Source: an uncultured Acidobacteriota bacterium (GTDB lineage: Bacteria > Acidobacteriota > Thermoanaerobaculia > UBA5066 > Gp7-AA6). Taken from it: DNA of 64,000 nucleotides. The notes beneath the pieces were generated by a model. The model made no database searches. It saw only the letters and a program-made list of their open reading frames with translations, and had not been told where the DNA came from. The stretch covers positions 115,580 through 179,579 of the forward strand of contig CAVTEG010000009.1 in the NCBI GenBank assembly GCA_963733815.1, written 5' to 3'. The position numbers were made by a program, and so were the translations under genes. Positions 8,699 through 17,169 of the stretch are shown one piece after another; position 1 is the first letter of the stretch; each line of letters opens with the position of its first letter.

Positions 8699-9993
8699 GT
8701 GGCGGCTTCCGAGACGCATCGCGCCATCGAGGCAGTCTGGAGGATCGAGTCGGCCCGGTCTGATCGCGGGCCTGGCGCGAATGGTCCGCGACGTGGGCTT
8801 GGCGGAGGATCTGGCGCAGGACGCGCTCGTGGCGGCGCTGGAGCAGTGGCCCGAGACCGGCGTTCCCGACAACCCGGGCGCCTGGCTGATGGCCACCGCG
8901 AAGCACCGGGCGATCGACCTGCTGCGCCGCGACAAGCTCGCTGAAGCGCAAGCACGAGGAGCTCGGCCGCGAAATCGAGGGCCGGCAGGACGCGGCCGTG
9001 GACGACCTGGACGCCGCGATCGACGACGCCGTGGGCGACGATCTGCTGCGGCTGATCTTCATCGCCTGCCATCCGGTGCTCTCGGCCGAGGCGCGCGTGG
9101 CGCTGACACTGCGTCTGCTCGGTGGCCTGACGACCGAGGAGATCGCGCGGGCGTTTCTCGTTCCGGAGCCGACGATCGCTCAGCGCATCGTGCGGGCGAA
9201 GCGCACACTCGCGGATGCGCGCGTTCCCTTCGAGGTGCCGCGCGGCAGCCGAACTGGCGGCGCGCGCTGGCCTCGGTGCTGGAGGTGATCTACCTGATCT
9301 TCAACGAGGGATACACCGCGACCGCCGGCGAGGACTGGATGCGGCCGGCGCTCTGCGAGGACGCGCTTCGCCTCGGCCGCGTCCTGGCGGAGCTCGCTCC
9401 GGACGAGGCGGAGGTCCACGGTCTCGTGGCCCTGATGGAGATCCAGGCTTCGCGCGCGCGCGCGCGCACCGGGGCCTCGGGCGAGCCGATGCTGCTGCTG
9501 GAGCAGGATCGCGCGCGCTGGGACCACGTGCTCATCCGCCGCGGGCTCGCGGCTCTGGAGCGCGCCCAGAGCCATCGGCGGCGAACGCGGTCCGTACGTT
9601 CTGCAGGCCGCGATCGCGGCGTGCCACGCGCGGGCGCGGATCGCGGAGGAGACCGACTGGGCGCGTATCGCCGAGCTTTACGAGGAGCTCTTCCGGGAGG
9701 CTCCGTCTCCCGTCGTGGAGCTCAACCGCGCGGTCGCCGTCGGAATGGCGTCGGGACCGGCCGCCGGCCTCGCGCTCGCCGACCGGCTGGTGTCGGAGCC
9801 CTGGCTGGAGGAGTATCACCTGCTGCCGGCCGTGCGCGGCGAATTCCTCGAGAAGCTCGGCCGCTACGAGGAGGCGCGCGCCGAGTTCGAGCGCGCGGCT
9901 GCGATGACGCGAAACACCCGCGAACGGGAGCTTCTCGCCGGGCGCGCCGCCGCGTGCGCGGGCGGGTCGGCCGGATCCCCGCCGCAGTCCTAG
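8699..9993 (+). pseudogene. ECF sigma factor with long C-terminal extension (COG4941 / ECF42-type), reading frame broken at least 5 times
   Basis: Pieces in order: HRAIEAVWRIESAR (ORF 8699); LIAGLARMVRDVGLAEDLAQDALVAALEQWP...GAWLMATAKHRAIDLLRR (ORF 8781); LLRLIFIACHPVLSAEARVALTLRLLGGLTTEEIARAFLVPEPTIAQRIVRAKRTL (ORF 8998); VLEVIYLIFNEGYTATAGEDWMRPALCEDALRLGRVLAEL... (frame of 8781 again); AIAACHARARIAEETDWARIAELY...HLLPAVRGEFLEKLGRYEEARAEFERA (ORF 9715). Each resolved shift is one extra base. Confidence 0.8.
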
Positions 9994-10032
9994 GTTCTCG
10001 TGAATGCCTGATCGGCGGCGGCTCGAAGGAGA

Positions 10033-11607
10033 GTGTTCGCGGTGACCGAGAATCGGGTGGCAACGCGGCGCGAGTGGATCGGCCTGGGAGTGATTGCGTT
10101 CCCGTGCCTCCTCTACTCGATGGACCTGAGCGTCTTGAACCTGGCCGTTCCGGCCCTGAGCCGGGACCTGCGCCCGAGCGCCTCGCAGCTGCTCTGGATC
10201 ATCGACATCTACGGCTTTCTCGTGGCCGGATCGCTGATCACGATGGGCACGCTGGGCGACCGGATCGGCCGGCGCAGGCTCCTCATGATCGGCGCCGCGG
10301 CGTTCGGGGTCACCTCCGTCATCGCCGCCTTCTCGCGGAGCGCCGAGATGCTGATCGCCGCCCGCGCCCTGCTCGGTCTGGCCGGGGCCACGCTCGCGCC
10401 CTCGACGCTATCGCTCATCCGCAACATGTTCCACGACCCGAGAGAGCGCACCGTCGCGATCTCCGTCTGGATCACCAGCTATTCGGTCGGCGGCGCGATC
10501 GGTCCGCTGCTGGGCGGCGTGATGCTCGAGCACTTCTGGTGGGGCTCGGTGTTCCTGCTGGCGGTCCCGGTGATGGTCCTGCTGCTCGCCGTCGGGCCAA
10601 GACTCCTGCCCGAGTTCCGCGACGAGAGCGCGGGCCGGCTCGACCTGGTGAGCGCGGGGATGTCCCTCTCGAGCGTGCTGCTGGTCATCTACGGCCTGAA
10701 GAAGATCGCCGAGGATGGATGGGCGTTGATGCCAGCAGCGGCGATCGCCGCGGGAATCGCGATCGGCGTCGTGTTCGTGCGAAGACAGCGCGGGCTCGCG
10801 GATCCGCTGATCGATCTCGATCTCTTTCGCTCGCCGGCCATCGCCGGGGCGCTGGTGACCTACACGCTCTCTCTGTTCGTGGCGTTCGCGGCGTGGATCT
10901 TCATCGCCCAGTACCTGCAACTGGTGCTCGGATTGACACCCCTGCAGGCCGGCCTCTGGACCCTGCCCTGGTCTCTCGGATTCGTGGCGGGATCGTTGTG
11001 GACGCCGAAGCTCGTGCGCCGCTATCCGCGGCAGCTCGTCATGGCGGCCGGCATGGTCATGGCCTCCGCCGGATTCGTCGTGTTGACGAGAGTCGGCGCG
11101 AGCTCGGGGCTCGGCGCGATGGTGACGGCGTCGGTCCTCTTCTCAGTGGGTCTGGGTCCCGCGGTCACGCTGGTGACGGACATCGTGCTGGGCGCCGCGC
11201 CTCCGGAGAGGGCGGGAGCTGCCTCGGCGCTCTCCGAGACAAGCGCGGAACTCGGAGGCGCCCTGGGGATCGCGATCCTCGGAAGCGTCGGGGTCGCGGT
11301 CTATCGTGGTGCGATGGCCCTCGCGGTTCCATCCGGCGTTCCGCCGGAGGCCGCAGTGACGGCTCGGAGCACGCTCGGCGGCGCCGTAGCGGCGGCCGCG
11401 AAGCTTCCCGAGGCGGTCGCAGCGCCGCTGCTTTCGTCCGCGCGCGAGGCTTTCACGGTCGGATTCCAGCGCGCGTCGTGGATCAGCGCCGTCGTCTGCG
11501 CCGGGCTTGCCATCCTCGTGTGGCGACTCTTGCCGGAGGAGACGGCCAGCGAGAAATCCGGGGAGCGGTCGGACGAAGAGGCCCGAAAGGCGTCCTCCGG
11601 TACTTAG
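10033..11607 (+). CDS. MFS transporter, DHA2 (14-TMS EmrB/QacA-like) family
   Basis: LNLAVPALSRDLRPSASQLLWIIDIYGFLVAGSLITMGTLGDRIGRRRLLMIGAAAFG...LGLAGATLAPSTLSLI. 524 aa, many TM segments. Confidence 0.8.
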   Translation: MFAVTENRVATRREWIGLGVIAFPCLLYSMDLSVLNLAVPALSRDLRPSASQLLWIIDIYGFLVAGSLITMGTLGDRIGRRRLLMIGAAAFGVTSVIAAFSRSAEMLIAARALLGLAGATLAPSTLSLIRNMFHDPRERTVAISVWITSYSVGGAIGPLLGGVMLEHFWWGSVFLLAVPVMVLLLAVGPRLLPEFRDESAGRLDLVSAGMSLSSVLLVIYGLKKIAEDGWALMPAAAIAAGIAIGVVFVRRQRGLADPLIDLDLFRSPAIAGALVTYTLSLFVAFAAWIFIAQYLQLVLGLTPLQAGLWTLPWSLGFVAGSLWTPKLVRRYPRQLVMAAGMVMASAGFVVLTRVGASSGLGAMVTASVLFSVGLGPAVTLVTDIVLGAAPPERAGAASALSETSAELGGALGIAILGSVGVAVYRGAMALAVPSGVPPEAAVTARSTLGGAVAAAAKLPEAVAAPLLSSAREAFTVGFQRASWISAVVCAGLAILVWRLLPEETASEKSGERSDEEARKASSGT

Positions 11608-11649
11608 AGCCCGACCTCGGGCCGACCGATCGGTTTCCGGCGCCCCGGA

Positions 11650-11676
11650 TGTCGATCCCCGCGTCCGTCGTTCGAC
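11650..11676 (+). promoter_or_regulatory. ECF-type promoter candidate P4 (TGTCGAT-N14-TTCGAC variant)
   Basis: TGTCGATCCCCGCGTCCGTCGTTCGAC. Intergenic, 208 nt upstream of the RND adaptor ATG at 11884. Confidence 0.45.
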
Positions 11677-11836
11677 TCCTTAAGTGGACGTAAAAAAGAT
11701 GGTTGGAAACCGGAACGTCGCGCCGCCGTACGGGTTTGAGGAGACGCGCCGATGTGACACACTCGGAGTCTCTCCGGCCGTCCCCTCGCGGAATCCCGGA
11801 ATCCGAGGGGCGCTTGGCGGCTTATTTAGCGAAATG

Positions 11837-11860
11837 AGGGGTTACCCCTTTTCCCGTTTT
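11837..11860 (+). terminator. terminator/attenuator-like hairpin in the RND operon leader
   Basis: AGGGG-TTA-CCCCT followed by TTTTCCCGTTTT, 24 nt before the ATG at 11884. Confidence 0.4.
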
Positions 11861-11883
11861 CCGGCGTGGGAGGACTTTCGGGC

Positions 11884-13025
11884 ATGAAAAAGCGGATGTT
11901 CCTGATGCTGACCGCGGCGGCCGTCTTCATTACGGCCATCGGCGCGGTCAAGTACGGGCAGATCAAGAAGGGCATGGCTCAGCACGCGGCCTTCAAGATG
12001 CCGCCCGAGGCCGTCACGACCGTGATCGCGAAGCCGGTCGACTGGCCGGCCACGCTGTCCTCGATCGGCTCCGTGGCCGCCGTTCGCGGCGTCGTCGTGA
12101 GCTCGGACCTCCCGGGCATCGTCGAGAAGATCGCGTTCGAGTCTGGGAAAGCGGTCCGCGAAGGCGACCTGCTCGTCCAGCTCGACACACGGCAGGAGCA
12201 GGCGCAGCTGGCGGCCGCGCGGGCGCAGAACGACCTGGCGAAGGTCAGCCTCGACCGCCTCACGGGCCTGCGCCAGAAAGGCATCGCAGCGCCAGGCGGA
12301 GTGCGGACAACGCCGACGCCGTCCGGAAGCAGGCCGAGGCGCGGATCGGCGAGATCCAGGCGACGATCGCGCGCAAGACCATCCGCGCGCCGTTCTCGGG
12401 CGATGCTCGGAATCCGGCAGGTGAACCTCGGCCAGTACCTGCACGAGCGGCAGTCCGATCGTGCCGCTGCAGGCGCTCGACCCGATCTACGTCAACTTCT
12501 CGGTGCCGCAGCAGGAGGCGGCGCTCCTGACGCCCGGCGACACGGTGCGTGTTGCGGCCGAGGGCGCCAAGCGCGAGGCGACGGGCAAGGTCACCGCGGT
12601 CAACTCGGTGATCGACGACGGCACCCGCAACGTCCAGATCCAGGCGACGTTTGCCAATCGCGACGGCAGGCTGAAGCCCGGGCATGTTCGTGACGACGTC
12701 ACGTCGCGCTCGGCACGGCGTCGAAGCGTCATCCCGCTGCCCGCGGCGGCCGATCAACTACGCGCCGTACGGCGATTCGGTCTACGTGGTCGAGACGATG
12801 AAGAGACCCGAAGGGCGAGACCGGACTACAAGGGCGTGCGCCAGCAGTTCGTCAAGCTCGGGCCCCGGCGAGGGCGACCAGGTCGCGGATGCTCTCGGGG
12901 GTCAAGCCCGGCGAGGAGGTCGTCACGTCCGGCGTGTTCAAGCTGCGCCCGGGCGCGGCCGTCCAGGTCAACAATTCGACGACCACCCGTCGAACAATCC
13001 GGCGCCCAAGCCCGAGGACAGCTAG
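11884..13025 (+). pseudogene. efflux RND transporter periplasmic adaptor (membrane fusion protein, HlyD family), about 10 frame changes
   Basis: Intact N-terminal third: MKKRMFLMLTAAAVFITAIGAV...GIVEKIAFESGKAVREGDLLVQLDTRQEQAQLAAARAQ. From about 12290 to 12900 the conserved pieces DNADAVRKQAEARIGEIQATIARKTIRAPFSG, MLGIRQVNLGQYL, PLQALDPIYVNFSVPQQEAALLTPGDTVRV, INYAPYGDSVYVVETMK, GVRQQFVKLGPRRG and VLSGVKPGEEVVTSGVFKLRPGAAVQVNN alternate between all three frames. Confidence 0.75.
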
Positions 13026-13027
13026 AC

Positions 13028-16000
13028 ATGAAGTTCACGGACATCTTCATCCGGCGACCGGTCCTCGCGATCGTCGTCAACCTCGTGATCCTGATCGCCG
13101 GACTGCAGTCGATCCGGTCGCTCTCCGTCCGCCAGTACCCGCGCAGCGACATCGCGGTCGTGACGGTGACGACCGTGTACGTCGGCGCCAACGCGGACCT
13201 CGTGCGCGGCTTCATCACCACGCCGCTCGAGCGCGTCATCGCCAGCGCCGACGGCATCGACTACATGGAGTCGTCGAGCGCGCAGGGCGTTCAGCACGAT
13301 CACCGTCCACCTCAAGCTCAACTACGACACGAACGCCGCGCTCACGCAGATCCAGGCCAAGGTGGCCCAGGTGCGCAACGACCTGCCGCCGGAGGCCGAA
13401 GCCCCGATCATCGAGCTCGCGACGGCGGACACCGAGTTCGCGTCGATGTATCTCGGCTTCTCTTCCGACGAGCTCGACCAGAACCAGATCACCGATTATC
13501 TCGATCCGCGTCGTCCAGCCCAAGCTGTCGGCCGTCTCGGGCGTCCAGCGCGCCGACATTCTCGGCGGCCGCACGTTCGCCATGCGCGTCTGGCTCAAGC
13601 CCGAGAAGATGGCGGCCCTCGGCATCGCGCCCAACGACGTCCGCACCGCGCTTTCCGAGAACAACTATCTCTCGGCCATCGGCCAGACCAAGGGCTCGAT
13701 GACGTCGGTCAACCTGGTGGCCAACACGGACCTGAGGACCGCGCAGGAGTTCCGCCAGCTCGTCGTGAAGGAGAAAGACGGCGTCGTGGTGCGGCTGGGC
13801 GAGATCGCGGACGTCGTCCTCGGCGCCGAGAACTACGACTCCGAAGTCCGGTTCAACGGCCAGACTGCCACTTTCATGGGCATCTGGGTGCTGCCGAACG
13901 CGAACTCGCTCGACGTCATCAAGCGCGTGCGCAGGGAATTGCCGGACATCCAGGCCCAGCTGCCGGCGGGCATGAAGCTCGGCATCCCGTACGATTCGAC
14001 GGAGTACATCCAGGACGCGATCAACGAAGTGCTCTCGACGCTGACCGAGACGCTCTTGATCGTCATCGTCGTCATCTTCCTCTTCCTGGGCTCGTTCCGC
14101 GCCGTGCTTATCCCCATCGTCGCGATCCCGATCTCTCTGATCGGCGCTGTGTTCCTGATGCTCGCGTTCGGCTTTACGATCAACCTGCTGACCCTGCTCG
14201 CGATCGTTCTCTCCGTCGGTCTCGTCGTGGACGACGCGATCGTCATGGTGGAGAACGTGGAGCGGCACCTCGCCCTCGGCGAGAAACCCTTCCCGGCCGC
14301 GATGAAGGCGGCGCGCGAGCTCGTCGGACCGATCATCGCCATGACCATCACGCTGGCGGCGGTGTACGCGCCGATCGGCATCCAGGGAGGTCTGACCGGC
14401 GCTCTGTTCCGCGAGTTTGCCTTCACTCTCGCCGGCGCCGTGATCGTGTCCGGAATCGTGGCCCTGACGCTGTCGCCCATGATGGGCTCGAAACTCCTGA
14501 GAGAGGGCGCCGCCGAGAAGGGCTTCGCGGGCATGATCAATCGCCACTTCGAGCGGGTGCGCCGGCTCTACGGCCGTCTGCTCTCGAGCACGCTGCAGTA
14601 CCGGCCGGTGGTGTTCACGCTCTGGGTCATCGTCGTGGCTTTGATCCCGGTCTTCTACATGTTCTCGGCCAAGGAGCTGGCTCCCGTCGAGGACCAGGCG
14701 GTCGTCTTCGGCGTGATCCAGGCCGCGCCCAACGCGACGCTCGACCAGACGAGCCTCTTCACCGAGGAGGTCTTCAACGTCTACAACGCTTTTCCCGAGA
14801 AGAAGGCCGTCTTCCAGATCACGTCGCCGAGCGGCGGCTTCGGGGGCATGGTGACCAAGCCCTGGAGCGAACGCAAGAAGAGCACCCAGCAGCTCCAGGT
14901 CGAGGCGGCCATGGGAATGACGAAGATTCCCGGCATCCGCGTGATCACCCTAGTGCCGCCGGCTCTCCCGGGAGGCGGCAGCTTCCCGGTCGATTTTGTC
15001 GTCGCGTCGACGGCGGAGCCCGAACGGCTGACCGAGTTCGCCAACCAGCTCGTCGGCAAGGCGTACGCGAGCGGCATTTTCATGTATGCCGACTCGGACC
15101 TGAAGTTCGACCAGCCGCAGGCCGAGATCGTGTTCGACCGCGACAAACTGCGCGCGCAGGGCGTGGATCTGGGCCAGGTCGGCCGCGATCTCTCGACGAT
15201 GCTCGGCGGAAACTATGTGAATCGCTTCTCGATCCAGGGGCGAAGCTACAAGGTCATCCCGCAGGTCAAGCGCGCCGAGCGGCTCACGACGGACCAGCTT
15301 TCCAACATCTACGTCTCGGGCGCCGGCGGAAAGCTCGTGCCGCTCTCGACGTTCGCGACTCTGAAGACCTCGACGCAGCCGCGCGACCTGAAGCGCTTCC
15401 AGCAGTTGAACGCCGTCCGCATCCAGGGCGTTATTCCTCCGGGCGTTCCGCTCGACTCGGCGTTGAAGGTACTCGAGGTCGAGGCGGCGAAGATCCTGCC
15501 GAAGGGCTTCACCGTGGACTATGCCGGCGAGTCGCGGCAGCTGCGCACCGAGGGCAGCAAGTTCCTCTTCACGTTCCTGCTGTCGGCCATCCTGATCTAT
15601 CTGGTGCTCGCCGCCCAGTTCGAGAGTTTCCGCGATCCGTTCATCGTCCTCGCGGGATCCGTGCCGCTCGCGCTCTCCGGCGCTCTGCTGTTCTCGTTCC
15701 TCGGCGTGACGACGCTCAATATCTACAGTCAGGTCGGACTCATCACGCTCGTCGGGCTGATCGCGAAAAACGGAATCCTGATCGTCGAGTTCGCCAACAA
15801 GCTCCAGGAGACCGGCCTGCCGAAGCTCAAGGCGGTCGTCGAGGCGTCCGAGACGCGGCTGCGCCCAATCCTGATGACGACGGCCGCGACCGTCATGGGG
15901 CACATGCCCCTGGTTTTCGCCCGCGGTCCGGGAGCCGGGGCCCGCAACTCGATCGGCTTCATGCTCGTCACCGGCATGATCATCGGCACCACGTTCACTC

Positions 16001-16104
16001 TGTTCGTCGTGCCGTCGATCTACGTGCTCGTGGCCAAGACGCACAAGAAGATCGAGGCGGAAGTCGAGGCCGAGGTGCCGCAGCTCAAGGAAGCCGCGGT
16101 CTAA
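13028..16104 (+). pseudogene. efflux RND transporter permease (HAE1/AcrB-like), two +1 frame changes near the 5' end
   Basis: ATG 13028: MKFTDIFIRRPVLAIVVNLVILIAGLQSI. An extra base near 13292 shifts to STITVHLKLNYDTNAALTQIQAKVAQVRNDLP. An extra base near 13503 shifts to IRVVQPKLSAVSGVQRADILGG. The frame is then uninterrupted to 16104 (ORF 12889..16104) and includes VGLVVDDAIVMVENVERH. Confidence 0.85.
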
Positions 16105-16112
16105 ACCGGGCT

Positions 16113-16400
16113 GTCATCCCGAGCGCTCCTACGCAGTCATCCCGACCGTAGCGAGGGATCCCGAACTCGACCTGCGAGGACGGCGATCAATCCCGGGATC
16201 CCTCGTCGCTCCGCGCCTCGGGATGACAAGCTCGAGCCCGTCATCCCGAGCGCGAGCGAGGGATCCCGTCGTCGGCAGGCTCTGAGCCAACGGACGGCTC
16301 GCCGAGTCCGGGATCCCCGTCGGTTACCGCCGAGCTTCGCTCGGCGTGGGCTACTGCCGTGGGCCTGCCGCTGGTGGCCGGCTTCGCTCCTCGGGATGAC
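16113..16400. repeat. REP family 1 cluster (GTCATCCCGAG...CGAGGGATCC units, both orientations, incl. one about 95-bp long variant)
   Basis: Units at about 16113, 16136, 16195 (inverted), 16240 and 16309-16400 (inverted long form). Fills the convergent intergenic gap between 16104 and 16408. Confidence 0.85.
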
Positions 16401-16407
16401 AGGCGAG

Positions 16408-17085
16408 TCAGTCCCGCGGTACTCGTCCCCGGTCCACTGCCCATGCCGCCACGGCCAGGATGCCGTACAGCGCCAGCGCCTGGACGGCGAAGGCGCGGTC
16501 GCTCGGCGGGTCGGGCATGAGGGGCGTCGCGACGGCGATGAGCGCGAGCGCGGCGGCGAACACGGTCGTGGCGATCCCGTACCCGCGGCTCGTCGGGCGC
16601 CTCGTTTTCCGATAGACCGCGAGGCCGACGGCGAGGACCAGAAGCTCCGCCGCAACGGCGGCGGCCGGGTGATTCCACAACCCCAGGCCGATCTTCGGCG
16701 AAGACGGATCCAGCCCGAGTGGCAGATCGCGCGTGTGCATCGGCACGTCCAGCAGGAAGTGGGAGAAGACCGCTCCCCCGAGGACGCCTGCCGCCATTCG
16801 CCGGTCGCGTGAGCGCAGGTGCCGGGCGGCAGCCAGCGTGACGAGGGCGGTGACTGCCGACCAGAGGAGGGCGCCCAGGAGGCTGTGCGTGTAAGGCATC
16901 CAGTACAGGTCGTAAGGATTGTAGGCCGTGTAGCCGTGGACGATGCGGAGCTTTTCGATACCCAGCAGCACGAACAGGGCGAACAGGATGTCGAGGAGCT
17001 GAACGGCCAGGAACAACACGGCCAGCGAGAGGCGTGGAGCCGGCTTCTTGCCTGCGAAGGACACCCCGTAGTGCCCGACGAACAT
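16408..17085 (-). CDS. integral membrane protein (possibly YdjM-like metal-dependent hydrolase family)
   Basis: ATG 17085 inside ORF 16408..17826. MFVGHYGVSFAG...WMPYTHSLLGALLWS...FSHFLLDVPMHTRDLPL. Multiple TM segments with conserved His/Asp. Confidence 0.55.
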   Translation of the reverse strand: MFVGHYGVSFAGKKPAPRLSLAVLFLAVQLLDILFALFVLLGIEKLRIVHGYTAYNPYDLYWMPYTHSLLGALLWSAVTALVTLAAARHLRSRDRRMAAGVLGGAVFSHFLLDVPMHTRDLPLGLDPSSPKIGLGLWNHPAAAVAAELLVLAVGLAVYRKTRRPTSRGYGIATTVFAAALALIAVATPLMPDPPSDRAFAVQALALYGILAVAAWAVDRGRVPRD

Positions 17086-17169
17086 TTGTCGAAAAGCTAA
17101 TCGCAGTCCTCGCCCGCCTGCAACGAGGAATCGGGTGTAGCGTCCGTCCTGTAAGCAGCGGAACTGATA

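Noticed and set aside
8781-11693. 970-aa + strand ORF
   Set aside because: It is a chimera. It coincides with the true sigma-factor frame only in two segments, then runs out of frame through the MFS transporter gene as Arg/Gly-rich nonsense.
16113-16400. REP clusters (also 36367..36478 and 49632..49943) as possible CRISPR arrays
   Set aside because: The units alternate in orientation, have irregular length and spacing, and form inverted repeats with each other. There are no uniform spacers and no cas genes.
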